Shown here: piece after piece, positions 1-10,341 of the stretch
How the letters are laid out: each line of letters begins with the position of its first letter
Position numbering within the stretch: the first letter of the stretch is position 1
From: Minisyncoccota bacterium
GTDB lineage: Bacteria; Patescibacteriota; Minisyncoccia; Phycocordibacterales; UBA9973
NCBI GenBank assembly: GCA_041662525.1
Contig: JBAZSF010000002.1
Span: forward strand, 3,121-67,120
Direction of reading: 5' to 3'
DNA: 64,000 nucleotides
Notes under the pieces: model-generated
The model's database searches: none
Told to the model about the DNA's origin: nothing
What the model saw: the letters and a program-made list of their open reading frames with translations, nothing else
Program-made: the position numbers and the translations under genes

Positions 1-1805
1 CGACGACAGTGCAAACTTTTTATACAGACGGATATATTGAACAATATATTTCTGGTCTAGCTGAAAACACTACTTATTATTTTAGACTAGAAGTAACAAA
101 TAATTTCGGAACAGCATATTTAAATATTAACAACTTCACCACTCCTCAATGTACCCCTACTCCCCCTGCCCCTACTCCCATCCACGGAGGATGGAGTGAT
201 TGGAGTTATAAAAATACTCAATGCGGATTTACCGGCACTCAGACTCGTACTTGTACCAACCCTAGTCCAATGAATGGTGGAACTTATTGTGTTGGACCAG
301 CTACTCAGTCATATACAAATCCAGCGTGTTATGTACCACCACCATATATACCACCTGCTCCCATCCACGGAGGATGGAGTGATTGGAGTTATAAAAATAC
401 TCAATGCGGATTTACAGGCACACAGACTCGTACTTGTACCAACCCTAGTCCTGCTCATGGCGGAGCCTATTGTTATGGATCAGCTACCCAGTCATATACA
501 AATCCAGCATGTCCAGTAGTTCAGCAACCCACCGTTAACCTTTACGCTAACCCTACCAATATTCAAGCTGGACAAAACTCTACTTTGACTTGGAATTCCA
601 CCAACGCTACTTCTTGTTCCGCTTACTGGACGAACAGTACCGCTACCAATGGATCAGGTGTCGTCAATCCAAATGTTACTACTACTTACAGCATTACTTG
701 TTACGGTAATAGTGGTTTGAGTGCGACTGATTCTGCTACCGTGTATGTGAATCAAATTTATCAGCAAACTTGCCAAGATAGAAATGCTAATAATTATGGA
801 GGAACATTGCCCTGTGTATACAATATACAAACTTGCCAAGATTATAATGCAATGAATTACAGAGGAGCGTTGCCTTGCGTATATAGATCTGTTAATAACC
901 AACCTACGGTAACAGTCTATTCTGACCAAGTCAGTGTACCTTACAATGGAAGTGCTACCGTTCGCTGGATTACCACCAATGCATCTTATTGTAATGCAAG
1001 TGGTGGATCTGCTGGCTGGGCGGGAGTAAAAAGTATTGGCCCAGGAAGTTTCTACACTGGATCATTAACAAGCACTAAAACTTATACCCTTACTTGTAGT
1101 AACAGTTTCGGATCTGCCAGTGATTCAGAAACAATAACTGTTCGCGCAAAAACTGTTACCATCAATCCAAAACCTACTCCAACTTCGCTCGTACTTATCA
1201 CTTCTTCTATTAATCGAAATCAGCCAATCGTTCCTACAATTGATAACACCAGACCACGACCAGGAGATGAAATTAATTACACTGTAAGTTATCAAAATAT
1301 CGGTACTGGCGCTATTACCAATCTTAACCTACAAATAAATCTTCCTTTTGAAGTAGATTATATATCCTCTAATCCAAATAATCCGACTATCTCTGGTAAT
1401 ACTTTAATTTTTAGACTAGGAACACTCAAAGCAAATGGAGAAGGAACAGTAACCATAAGAACTCGAGTAAGAGATAATATTCCTGCTGGAACAAACTTAA
1501 ATTTCCCTGCAACTTTGAGCTACATTGATCCTTCAGGTCAAACTCAATCAGTAAATGCAAATGTTTCTGCGCAAGTATTAAGTAAAACAGAAAATATAAT
1601 TGCACCAATAGTACCACTCGGAGCAAATGTATTCTGGGCTGGTTTTCTTCCAACAAATCTATTCGGCTGGCTCTTCCTGCTTGTCCTTATTCTTATTCTA
1701 GTATATTTAGCCAAACACCTTTTTGATCAATCTTTTCACAAAAAAACTACGATCATTACTGATCAACCATCAGGGAAAAAGGTTACAACTACCACAGTAG
1801 AATAA
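1..1805 (+). CDS. Surface protein (5'-truncated): two thrombospondin type-1 repeats, CxDxxAxNY repeats, Ig-like/DUF11-like domain, C-terminal TM anchor
   Basis: [27 protein letters not shown] twice; QTCQD.NA.NY.G.LPCVY twice; [15 protein letters not shown]; hydrophobic C-terminus; frame open at window edge. Confidence 0.8.
   Translation, partial: TTVQTFYTDGYIEQYISGLAENTTYYFRLEVTNNFGTAYLNINNFTTPQCTPTPPAPTPIHGGWSDWSYKNTQCGFTGTQTRTCTNPSPMNGGTYCVGPATQSYTNPACYVPPPYIPPAPIHGGWSDWSYKNTQCGFTGTQTRTCTNPSPAHGGAYCYGSATQSYTNPACPVVQQPTVNLYANPTNIQAGQNSTLTWNSTNATSCSAYWTNSTATNGSGVVNPNVTTTYSITCYGNSGLSATDSATVYVNQIYQQTCQDRNANNYGGTLPCVYNIQTCQDYNAMNYRGALPCVYRSVNNQPTVTVYSDQVSVPYNGSATVRWITTNASYCNASGGSAGWAGVKSIGPGSFYTGSLTSTKTYTLTCSNSFGSASDSETITVRAKTVTINPKPTPTSLVLITSSINRNQPIVPTIDNTRPRPGDEINYTVSYQNIGTGAITNLNLQINLPFEVDYISSNPNNPTISGNTLIFRLGTLKANGEGTVTIRTRVRDNIPAGTNLNFPATLSYIDPSGQTQSVNANVSAQVLSKTENIIAPIVPLGANVFWAGFLPTNLFGWLFLLVLILILVYLAKHLFDQSFHKKTTIITDQPSGKKVTTTTVE
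175..512 (+). repeat. Intragenic duplication, 183-bp period (TSP1 modules)
   Basis: ctcccatccacggaggatggagtgattgg... starts at 175 and 358, near-identical DNA. Confidence 0.9.
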
Positions 1806-1825
1806 AAAGTAGTTCAAAAATAGAG

Positions 1826-1867
1826 TACCACAAAAAACAGCGTAAATTTACGCTGTTTTTTGTGGTA
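1826..1867. terminator. Perfect 42-bp palindrome, probable terminator overlapping the next gene's -10
   Basis: taccacaaaaaacagcgtaaa|tttacgctgttttttgtggta. Confidence 0.7.
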
Positions 1868-1877
1868 TATTTATTAA

Positions 1878-2459
1878 ATGTTACCCAATGAAATAGATGA
1901 AGAAATCATTCTTTTGTATAAAAATGGTGACAGAAAAGCGTTTAAAATCTTAATTGATCGCTATACAAAATCACTTTATAATTTCACCGCACGCCTAACT
2001 AACAAAAATGATGCGTCTGACATAGTGCAAGAAATTTTTATAAAGGTATGGAAGAATATTGACCATTTTGATGAAGAAAAAGCGAGTTTTAAAACTTGGA
2101 TTTTTACTATTGCCAAAAATACCGCAACAGATTTTTTAAGAAAAAAAAAGAGTCTTTTGTTTTCTGACTTAGCTAAAATAGAGAATCTCGATCTAAACAA
2201 TGAAAACGAAAATTCTTTTGCAAAAAATATACCAGATGAAAATTTACTACCAGATGAAGCTATGCAAAAATTACAAGATAGTGAATTTTTAAATAACACA
2301 CTAAAGAAACTTCGCCCAGATTATCAAGAAATTTTGGTACTCCACTATCAAGAAGAAATGACTTTTGAAGAAATAGGGAAAATTTTAAACAAACCATTAA
2401 ACACTGTAAAAAGCTCTCATCGTAGATCCATTATGGAATTAAGAAAAATACTGAGATAA
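1878..2459 (+). CDS. ECF (sigma-70 group 4) RNA polymerase sigma factor
   Basis: DIVQEIFIKVW, FKTWIFTIAKN, EIGKILNKPLNTVKS. Confidence 0.9.
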   Translation: MLPNEIDEEIILLYKNGDRKAFKILIDRYTKSLYNFTARLTNKNDASDIVQEIFIKVWKNIDHFDEEKASFKTWIFTIAKNTATDFLRKKKSLLFSDLAKIENLDLNNENENSFAKNIPDENLLPDEAMQKLQDSEFLNNTLKKLRPDYQEILVLHYQEEMTFEEIGKILNKPLNTVKSSHRRSIMELRKILR

Positions 2460-2465
2460 AAATGC

Positions 2466-2548
2466 AACCCCCTCAATCCCCCTTGTCAGGGGGAATACAC
2501 ATCACCACTTCTCCTCGCCCTGATAAGGGAGAGGTTGGGAGAGGGTTG
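2466..2548. repeat. REP-like doublet palindrome
   Basis: cccccttgtcaggggg and ccctgataaggga gaggttgggagaggg; related to the in-frame copy at 57909-57946. Confidence 0.65.
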
Positions 2549-2594
2549 TGTTAATTTGCACCAAAATAATTTCTGTAACGTATATATCCCTAAC

Positions 2595-3011
2595 ATGCAA
2601 AACAAACTAACGAAAATATTCCAAAAAGCTAAATATGAGGGGAACTCGGATTTAACCCAAGATATATGGCATACGATAATCAAGCGCGAAAAACGTGACA
2701 CCAAAATCAAATTCTGGGCTTTTGCTTCTATGGGGTTCACTTCTTTTGTGGGGCTAGTGCCGGCTGTAAAAATATTAATAAATGATTTTACTCAGTCCGG
2801 TTTTTATGATTATTTTTCTTTGTTATTTTCTAACAGTGAAGTAGTTTTTTCATATTGGAAAGAATTAGGTTTTTCTTTGGCTGAATCTTTGCCGACAATG
2901 AGCATAACTCTTACCCTTTCTCTTGTATTTATTTTAATACTGTCACTAAAAAACTTAACAAAACAAATTATTAATAATAACCCTATAGGCAAGACCTATG
3001 GGGTGGCTTAA
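2595..3011 (+). CDS. Membrane protein, putative anti-sigma factor
   Basis: Directly after ECF sigma, two hydrophobic segments; start moved to ATG 2595. Confidence 0.55.
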   Translation: MQNKLTKIFQKAKYEGNSDLTQDIWHTIIKREKRDTKIKFWAFASMGFTSFVGLVPAVKILINDFTQSGFYDYFSLLFSNSEVVFSYWKELGFSLAESLPTMSITLTLSLVFILILSLKNLTKQIINNNPIGKTYGVA

Positions 3012-3016
3012 ATTGT

Positions 3017-3493
3017 ATGGAAAAAATAAGTAGAGATATAAAAAAAGTTTTTGAGTCAAAAGTTTTTATAAAAATTCTTTATGGAATAGCAATTGCAATA
3101 GTATTGTTATTTGTTTTATCAATAGGAATTTCTATTGGATTTAGGAAAGCGTCTTTTGGACGTGCTTGGGGAGAAAATTATACACGCAATTTTGGCATGA
3201 TGCCAAATCGCCAAATGTTTGGCCGTGACAATTTTCCAAATGCTAATGGGGCAATAGGAAAAATTATAAAAATAGAACTTCCAACATTAATAGTGGAAGA
3301 CAAAAACAATACCGAAAAATTAATTTTAATAAAAGAAGATACAAAAATACAAAAAATGATGTCTGTGATTAATGCGAGCGATCTTACTGTAGATGATTAC
3401 GTTGTAGTGATAGGCTCTCCGAACAACCAAGGTCAAATAGAAGCCAAATTTATCAGAATAATGCCAGCCGGTATACCTGTTCCTATAAAATAA
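3017..3493 (+). CDS. Membrane-anchored hypothetical protein (OB-like/DUF5666-like C-terminus)
   Basis: N-terminal TM; G.I.KI...DL.V.DYVVVIG...IEA.FIRI pattern. Confidence 0.55.
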   Translation: MEKISRDIKKVFESKVFIKILYGIAIAIVLLFVLSIGISIGFRKASFGRAWGENYTRNFGMMPNRQMFGRDNFPNANGAIGKIIKIELPTLIVEDKNNTEKLILIKEDTKIQKMMSVINASDLTVDDYVVVIGSPNNQGQIEAKFIRIMPAGIPVPIK

Positions 3494-3494
3494 T

Positions 3495-5171
3495 ATGAAA
3501 AACTTTTTAAATAAAATAAAATTATATATTCTTGCCCATAAAATTATCAGCATTATTGTGGTAATAATAATTTTATCATTAGGATATTGGATTTACGACA
3601 AGATCACTAGCACGACTGGTGATACACGTTACCTAACAGCCAAAGTGGAAAGAGGGGCAATAATATCTTCTATTTCTGGCAGTGGTCAAGTCTCGTCTTC
3701 GAACCAGGTAGACATAAAGGCTAAGGTATCTGGAGATGCTATTTATATAGCAGTCAAAAATGGACAAAAAGTATCTAAAGGCGCCCTAATTGCACAACTT
3801 GATAATACAGACGCTCAAAAATCCGTACGTGATGCAGAACTCAGTTTGCAGTCTGCAAAAATTTCTTTAGATAAATTAAAAATTCAAAACTCAAACGATA
3901 ATTTAAATGCTGACTTGGACAAGGCTTATGACGATGGTTTTAATGTCGTCTCTGATGCTTTTTTAGACTTACCATCAATCGTAACTGGACTTGAAAATCT
4001 TTTAGCTCAAAACAATCTTTCGGAGAATGCTGCGCGAATAAGCGGAAAAACTGCACAAAACTATAGAAGTGACGCTGAAACTGCATATTTTAATGCCAAA
4101 AAAGCATTTGATAGTAATAGAATATTTTACAGAACACTCAACCATAACTCCCCCACAGAAGATATAGATAAAATAATTAATCAAACCTACGAAACAACTA
4201 AGCTTGTAGCTGACGCAATAAAAAAACTCCGTAATTTTGTAGATTTTTTATCAGAAGATACAGGAAGGATTTCTGAATTTACTTCTTACCAAAACACACT
4301 TTCTACATACACAAATACAAACAACGGACATCTTGATAACCTTCTCACTACCACCACTAATATAAAAAATTATAAAGATGCTTTTCCTAACACCAGTCTG
4401 GATTTACAATCTGCGGAGCTCTCGATTCAACTGAAACAAAATGCTTTACAAGATGCAAAAGATAAACTTACAGATTATTTTATCCGTGCTCCATTTGATG
4501 GAATCTTGGCATCAGTAAATATTAAAAAAGCTGATTCTATTAATACAAGCACGGTTGTGGCGACACTTATTACAAAAACACAATTAGCTGAAATTTCTCT
4601 GAACGAGGTTGACGTAGCAAAAATAAAAATTGGTCAAAAATCTACTCTTACTTTTGATGCTATACCAGACCTTTCCATTTCTGGAGTGGTGGCAGAGATA
4701 GATACTATTGGAACAGTTTCACAAGGAGTTGTAACATACATTGTGAAAATAAGTTTTGACACTCAAGATGAAAGAATAAAATCAGAAATGAGTGTATCCG
4801 CTTCAATTATCACAGATATGAAACAAAATGTTTTAGTAGTGCCGAATAGTGCCATAAAATCCCTGCCCGCCAATTCAAGGGTGGGACAAGTTGGAAGAAA
4901 CTATGTTGAAAGTTTTGATACACCCTTGGCACTACCAACGGATAGATCAATAGGTTACATCTCAAAAATTAAACCGAATAAAATCCCAGTAGAAGTTGGT
5001 CTCACTAATGATAGTGATAGTGAAATTATTTCTGGAATTAAAGAAGGTGATGAAATAGTAATCAGAACCATCTTGCCTACAACAGCTACCCCCGCTACTA
5101 CTGCGCCTAGTCTCTTTGGTGGCACAGGAGGAAATAGAGGGAACACAAATACAAGAATCCAACCCAGATAG
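3495..5171 (+). CDS. Efflux periplasmic adaptor (MacA/HlyD-like)
   Basis: V..GQ.V.KG.LIA.LD lipoyl half, long coiled coil, IRAPFDG, GIKEGDEIV. Confidence 0.85.
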   Translation: MKNFLNKIKLYILAHKIISIIVVIIILSLGYWIYDKITSTTGDTRYLTAKVERGAIISSISGSGQVSSSNQVDIKAKVSGDAIYIAVKNGQKVSKGALIAQLDNTDAQKSVRDAELSLQSAKISLDKLKIQNSNDNLNADLDKAYDDGFNVVSDAFLDLPSIVTGLENLLAQNNLSENAARISGKTAQNYRSDAETAYFNAKKAFDSNRIFYRTLNHNSPTEDIDKIINQTYETTKLVADAIKKLRNFVDFLSEDTGRISEFTSYQNTLSTYTNTNNGHLDNLLTTTTNIKNYKDAFPNTSLDLQSAELSIQLKQNALQDAKDKLTDYFIRAPFDGILASVNIKKADSINTSTVVATLITKTQLAEISLNEVDVAKIKIGQKSTLTFDAIPDLSISGVVAEIDTIGTVSQGVVTYIVKISFDTQDERIKSEMSVSASIITDMKQNVLVVPNSAIKSLPANSRVGQVGRNYVESFDTPLALPTDRSIGYISKIKPNKIPVEVGLTNDSDSEIISGIKEGDEIVIRTILPTTATPATTAPSLFGGTGGNRGNTNTRIQPR

Positions 5172-5196
5172 AGTCTAAAGCTATATCTAAAAAGAT

Positions 5197-5883
5197 ATGA
5201 TAGAAATAAAAAATATTACAAAAATCTACAAAACAGGAGATGTCGAGTTTAAAGCATTGGATAATGTATCATTTACCGTCAACGACGGAGAATTTGTAGC
5301 CATCATGGGTCCATCAGGCAGTGGAAAATCAACCCTGATGCATATGCTGGGAGCGCTAGACATCCCAACTTCTGGAACATATTTATTAGACGACAAAGAT
5401 GTCTCCACTTTATCGGATGATGAACTTGCAGATATTCGTCGAGATAAAATTGGTTTTGTTTTTCAATCTTTTAATTTATTACCAAGAACAACAGTATTGC
5501 GCAATGTAATGCTACCTTTAATCTATGCCGGCGTACATGGTGCAGAAAGAATTGAAAGAGCAAAAAAAGCACTTAGGTCCTCAGGTTTGGATGAAAATCA
5601 TTTTTATCATATGTCTAATCAAATTTCTGGCGGTCAGATTCAACGTGTAGCGATAGCTAGAGCTTTGGTCAACAATCCATCGCTCATCTTAGCGGATGAA
5701 CCAACTGGAAATTTAGATTCAAAAACAGGAGAAATAGTAATTGACACTTTCCAAAAATTAAATAAAGAGTTAGGTCGTACCATTATTCTTATTACTCACG
5801 AACAAGAAGTAGCTGAACATGCTGATAGAATTCTTTTTATAAAAGATGGGAAATTAATTGAGGATAGAAAAACACACAAATGA
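5197..5883 (+). CDS. ABC transporter ATP-binding protein (MacB/LolD-like)
   Basis: GPSGSGKST, ISGGQIQRVAIARA, ADEPTGNLD. Confidence 0.92.
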   Translation: MIEIKNITKIYKTGDVEFKALDNVSFTVNDGEFVAIMGPSGSGKSTLMHMLGALDIPTSGTYLLDDKDVSTLSDDELADIRRDKIGFVFQSFNLLPRTTVLRNVMLPLIYAGVHGAERIERAKKALRSSGLDENHFYHMSNQISGGQIQRVAIARALVNNPSLILADEPTGNLDSKTGEIVIDTFQKLNKELGRTIILITHEQEVAEHADRILFIKDGKLIEDRKTHK

Positions 5884-7097
5884 AATTAGTTGATATCACA
5901 AATGAAACATATAGTTCACTTTCTGCAAACAAAGCACGTTCAGGTCTTACAATGCTCGGTATAGTTATCGGTATTGCTTCTGTAATTGCCATGGTCTCTA
6001 TCGGGAATGGTGCAAAAGTATCTATCCAATCGAGCATAGAAGGTCTGGGCTCCAATCTTCTAACAATCATTCCCGGAATAGTTCAACCAGGACGCGGAAT
6101 CGTATCTTCTGGACGTGGCGCAGCTCAAACACTTAAAAATGAAGACATCGATGTTGTAAAATCAATAGATGGAGTGGGAGCTGTTTCCCCCGAAGTTTCG
6201 AGTAGATTTCAAGTAGTAGCAAGTGGAAATAATACCAATACTACTATAACGGGGGCTACGCCGGATTATGCAAATGTGCATAATATTGCAGTTGCAAACG
6301 GAAGCTTTATCTCTGGTGCAAATCAAAGAAGCATCGGCCGACAAGCGGTGCTCGGTGCGACAGTGGCGACAGATTTATTTCCCGATCAGGACCTCGAAAG
6401 TATTTTAGGTAAAACTATTCGAATCAATAAAGTTAATTTTAATATTATTGGGATTTTAGTGGCAAAAGGAGGCGCTGGATTTTCTGGTCCAGATGATATG
6501 ATCTTTGTCCCCCTTTCGACAATGCAAAAAATTCTTTCCGGATTTGATTATCTTTCCATGATGGTAGTTTCTGTCACAGACAAAAATAAAATGACAGAGG
6601 TAAAAGATTTGATAACTAATGCCCTGTTAGACAAACATCGCATAGAAGAAGCCGATTTTTCAATAATTTCTCAAGAAGATATTTTAGGCACCTTAACCAC
6701 CGTAATAGACACTTTTACACTTTTCCTTGCGGCTATCGCTTCTATATCACTCTTGGTCGGAGGTATAGGAATTATGAATATGATGCTCACGACCGTTACT
6801 GAACGTACAAAAGAAATTGGTTTACGAAAAGCTATTGGGGCAAAAAGAAGCGACATCAACACGCAATTTCTCTCGGAGGCTGTAGTGCTCACTTTTATTG
6901 GGGGTTTTATAGGAATTATTTTAGGATGGCTGATCTGCTTGATAGTAACGTCAACTGGACTTGTAAAAACTCAAGTCTCAATCTCTTCTGTTCTTTTAGC
7001 TTTTGGTGTATCAACAGTTATCGGTATTATCTTTGGATACTACCCTGCCCGCCGAGCAGGCATGCTCAATCCAATTGATGCGTTAAGGTATGAGTAA
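5880..7097 (+). CDS. ABC transporter permease (MacB/FtsX family)
   Basis: RSGLTMLGIVIGIAS, GGIGIMNMML..V.ERTKEIGLRKAIGA, PIDALRYE. Confidence 0.92.
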   Translation: MKLVDITNETYSSLSANKARSGLTMLGIVIGIASVIAMVSIGNGAKVSIQSSIEGLGSNLLTIIPGIVQPGRGIVSSGRGAAQTLKNEDIDVVKSIDGVGAVSPEVSSRFQVVASGNNTNTTITGATPDYANVHNIAVANGSFISGANQRSIGRQAVLGATVATDLFPDQDLESILGKTIRINKVNFNIIGILVAKGGAGFSGPDDMIFVPLSTMQKILSGFDYLSMMVVSVTDKNKMTEVKDLITNALLDKHRIEEADFSIISQEDILGTLTTVIDTFTLFLAAIASISLLVGGIGIMNMMLTTVTERTKEIGLRKAIGAKRSDINTQFLSEAVVLTFIGGFIGIILGWLICLIVTSTGLVKTQVSISSVLLAFGVSTVIGIIFGYYPARRAGMLNPIDALRYE

Positions 7098-7217
7098 TTG
7101 TGAATTATGAAACATAACTTTTCGCGGGGTTTCGAGGCTGACGAGCCGAGAACTTCAGGATTTTTTAAGCTTCAAAAAATCTGTACCGAAGAAAAGTTTA
7201 TGTTTTGTAATTCAAAA
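7098..7217 (+). mobile_element. Rod-shaped palindromic element, A-type head variant
   Basis: Arms gaattatgaaacataacttttc / gaaaagtttatgttttgtaattc; head ggctGACGagcc plus gatttttt..aaaaaatc; head shared (inverted) with 15235-15299. Confidence 0.75.
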
Positions 7218-7328
7218 TAAAAAAACCAAACAAATTATCTTTCTTTTTTCAGGTCCTCGGTTCTCCGGGTCCCTATCTCGGCCAGACCATGAAAAAATAA
7301 AATAATTTGTTTGGTTTTTTTTTATTTT
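7214..7328 (+). mobile_element. Rod-shaped palindromic element, B-type head
   Basis: Head 7251-7290 differs by 1 nt from the reverse complement of 58274-58313 and 59692-59731; arms aaaaaaccaaacaaattat / ataatttgtttggtttttt. Confidence 0.8.
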
Positions 7329-8587
7329 CTAATAGAATAATTACCAGTGGCTATCCATTTATAGGTAGTCATTTCTTTCGGACCCATGGGACCACGAGCG
7401 TGGATTTTAGAGGTGGAAATGCCAATCTCTGAGCCAAGTCCAAAGATAGCACCATCGGAGAATCTAGTAGAAGCATTTACGTAAACTACGGCCGCGTCTA
7501 CTTCATCTAAGAATTTCTGACAATTTTTTTTATCTTCCGAAAGAATTGCTTCAGAGTGTTTGGAAGAATATTTATTAATATGTTTTATTGCTTCATCCAC
7601 ATTAGAAATAATTTTTACGGACATTTTTTGACTTAAAAACTCTCGCCCAAAATCTTCTGCTCTTGCTTTTTTTAAAAGATTAACTGGATAACATTTTTTT
7701 AATATTTCAAAACTCCTTAAATCAGCAAAAATCTCTACTTCTTTTTGGATTAACAATTCAGAAACCATAGGAAGAAATTTTTCTGCTATTTCGCTGTGTA
7801 CTAATAGTGTATCTAAAGAATTACAAACACTTGGACGTTGTGTTTTGGCATTAAAAATAATTTTGGCGGATGCATCAAGTCTAGAAGAAACGTCCACAAA
7901 AGTATGACAAACTCCAGCGCCTGTTTCGATCACTGGTACTGTAGCGTTTTCTCTCACAAAATTTATCAAACTAGAGCTTCCTCTTGGGATAATTACATCC
8001 ACCAAACCATTGGCCGAAATAATATCTAAAACAGCATCTTTTATTTTTGGATCTATAAATTGAACAACTTCAGGATCCACCCCAGAAGACATTAGAACAT
8101 TTTTTATAATTTTATGAAGAATTATATAACTTTCTCTTGCCTCCTTCCCTCCTTTAAGTATCACCGAATTGCCAGACTTGATACAAATCGCAGATACATC
8201 CGTGGTCACATTGGGTCGTGATTCATAGATAACACCGATTAACCCTATTGGCACTCTCTTTTTGCAAATTTTTAATTCTTTATTTTCTTTACTATTTCGA
8301 CAATCAAAAACCTCACCAATTGGATCTGGCATATTTATCAAACTTTCTATTTCTTTAGCCATACTTTCAATACGTGCATCATTTAAAAGCATACGGTCAC
8401 GCATCGGATCACTTGGTGGAAGTTTTTTTAAATCTTTAGAATTCGCCATAATAATTAATTTTTTATTTTTACGCAATTCTTTGGCTAAATTTTTCAAAAT
8501 TAAAATTCTTTTAGCATGAGACAAAAGTCCGAATTTAAGAGATGCTACTTTTGCTTTATTTAATTGTTTTAATATGTTCTTATTCAT
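7322..8587 (-). CDS. proA: Gamma-glutamyl phosphate reductase
   Basis: GVIYESRPNVT, IIPRGSSSLI, NAKTQRPSVCNSLDTLLVH, GISTSKIHARGPMG. Confidence 0.95.
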   Translation of the reverse strand: MNKNILKQLNKAKVASLKFGLLSHAKRILILKNLAKELRKNKKLIIMANSKDLKKLPPSDPMRDRMLLNDARIESMAKEIESLINMPDPIGEVFDCRNSKENKELKICKKRVPIGLIGVIYESRPNVTTDVSAICIKSGNSVILKGGKEARESYIILHKIIKNVLMSSGVDPEVVQFIDPKIKDAVLDIISANGLVDVIIPRGSSSLINFVRENATVPVIETGAGVCHTFVDVSSRLDASAKIIFNAKTQRPSVCNSLDTLLVHSEIAEKFLPMVSELLIQKEVEIFADLRSFEILKKCYPVNLLKKARAEDFGREFLSQKMSVKIISNVDEAIKHINKYSSKHSEAILSEDKKNCQKFLDEVDAAVVYVNASTRFSDGAIFGLGSEIGISTSKIHARGPMGPKEMTTYKWIATGNYSIRK

Positions 8588-9348
8588 TATTTATCCTGAC
8601 TTAATTCTTTTGCTCTTTTGTAGGAAGCTTTAACGGCTTTTGATACAATTCCTTTTAAATTTTCTTTTTGGAAAACATCGAGAGCTGCTTCTGTCGTCCC
8701 ACCCTTTGAAGCAACTTTTTTTACAAGGGAAGAATAATCATCTTCTTTTGCCAATAGAGCAGAAGCTAAAAAAGTATTTTCAACTAATTTTCTACTTTCA
8801 TTTTTGTTAAATCCTAAATCACCGCAAACCTGCATTAAACAATCCGCTAAAAGGAAAAAATACGCCGGACCACTGCCAGAGATGGCTGTTACTTTATTTA
8901 TAGTGTCTTCATTTTTAACTTCAAAATTTTCTGTGATTTTATTTATGAAATTTTTAGCTTTCTTTTTCTCTACTCCAGATATTCCTATTCCCTTCCAAGC
9001 AGCTATGCCATAACCCACAGAAAGTCCTAAATTTGGCATCATCCTGATAATTTTTTTGTGACCAGAAAGATGCACGAGTTCTTTGATTGATACACCAGCC
9101 ATAATTGAAATTATTATTGTTTTCTTGTTTAAATAATTTTTAATTTCCCCAATAGCTTCTTTTGATTCTTGGGGCTTTGTGGCTAAAATCAAAAAATCAG
9201 CTTCTTTTACTTTTTGAATGAAATTATTTATATTTGGTTTATCTTTATCAATACTAAAAACACTAATTTTAGGATCTTTTTTAGTAATTGTTTTAGTGAT
9301 AGCTTTACCCATCGTACCAAAACCAATAATTACAACTTTAGTTCTCAT
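8587..9348 (-). CDS. proC: Pyrroline-5-carboxylate reductase
   Basis: IIGFGTMG, RMMPN, AISGSGPAY, VASKGGTT. Confidence 0.95.
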   Translation of the reverse strand: MRTKVVIIGFGTMGKAITKTITKKDPKISVFSIDKDKPNINNFIQKVKEADFLILATKPQESKEAIGEIKNYLNKKTIIISIMAGVSIKELVHLSGHKKIIRMMPNLGLSVGYGIAAWKGIGISGVEKKKAKNFINKITENFEVKNEDTINKVTAISGSGPAYFFLLADCLMQVCGDLGFNKNESRKLVENTFLASALLAKEDDYSSLVKKVASKGGTTEAALDVFQKENLKGIVSKAVKASYKRAKELSQDK

Positions 9349-10114
9349 AATGTTTTTGTTTTTTATTTTTAACTAAAAGTCTTGTACCTGAAAAATTCTT
9401 ACCTATAGCTTCTACTATCGTTCCTGGTTTTTCACCATTACCGATAAGTGTTTCTACTCCTCTTTTGGTTGCATATTCAGCAGAAGAAATTTTTGCGCAC
9501 ATCCCCCCCACCCCCAGCTCAGACTTCCCAACTGAGCACAATGCTTTTATCTTATCATCAACCTTTTCTACATTTTTTATTAATTTTGCATCTTTATTAT
9601 GATCAGGATTATCTGTAAAAACTCCGTTTTGATTAGTCAAAATCAAAAGCTTGTCCGCCTTTAATCCCACCGCCACCATTGCGCTCAACGTGTCGTTGTC
9701 ATTGACTCTCAAGTCTTCCCTCTTCATTACATCATTCTCATTTATAATTGGTAAAACTTTATGTGAAAGCATCGCTTCTATGTTTAAAACAAAATTCTTA
9801 AAATGTTCTTTATTCGTAAAATCATCACTTAATATCAAAATTTGACCAACAACAATTTTATATTTTTTAGCTACATTGATATAGTTATGCATTAACATGG
9901 GCTGTCCAACAGCCGCAGCCACTTTTTTTCGAAGTGGGCTTACAAAATTAACCAACGGTAATCCTGTGCCGATAGCACCAGAAGTCACCAAAATAACTTC
10001 ATGCCCGAGTTTTAAAAGCTCAGCAATTTCTTTGATGATTTGCCTGATTCGTCCTTTATTTAATCCATTTTTACCAGAAATTACTTGGGTACCTATCTTT
10101 ATTACTAAACGCAT
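9338..10114 (-). CDS. proB: Glutamate 5-kinase (no PUA domain)
   Basis: LVIKIGT, VTSGAI, AAVGQ, PIINEND, DNDTLSA, GVGGMCAK. Confidence 0.93.
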   Translation of the reverse strand: MRLVIKIGTQVISGKNGLNKGRIRQIIKEIAELLKLGHEVILVTSGAIGTGLPLVNFVSPLRKKVAAAVGQPMLMHNYINVAKKYKIVVGQILILSDDFTNKEHFKNFVLNIEAMLSHKVLPIINENDVMKREDLRVNDNDTLSAMVAVGLKADKLLILTNQNGVFTDNPDHNKDAKLIKNVEKVDDKIKALCSVGKSELGVGGMCAKISSAEYATKRGVETLIGNGEKPGTIVEAIGKNFSGTRLLVKNKKQKHYEN

Positions 10115-10187
10115 ATAAATACTCTAGCTCAATAATTTATTATCTGCAAATACGTAATAATGCTATACTAACTGAAATTTAAAATAA

Positions 10188-10330
10188 ACTGTGAATTATG
10201 AAACTTGTCGCAGGCGCAGTTTTCTGGAAGCATTGCGCAGGATGACGATCCGAGCATAGCAAAAAATCAGTAGATTTTTATGTGTGCTGACAGAAAACTT
10301 GTGCCAAGAAAGAGTTTCGTAATTCACAGT
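10188..10330 (+). mobile_element. Rod-shaped palindromic element, A-related head
   Basis: Arms actgtgaattatgaaact / agtttcgtaattcacagt; head ggatGACGatcc and aaaaatcAGTAgattttt; left arm shared with the 7098 element. Confidence 0.78.
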
Positions 10331-10341
10331 GAAAAAAATAT

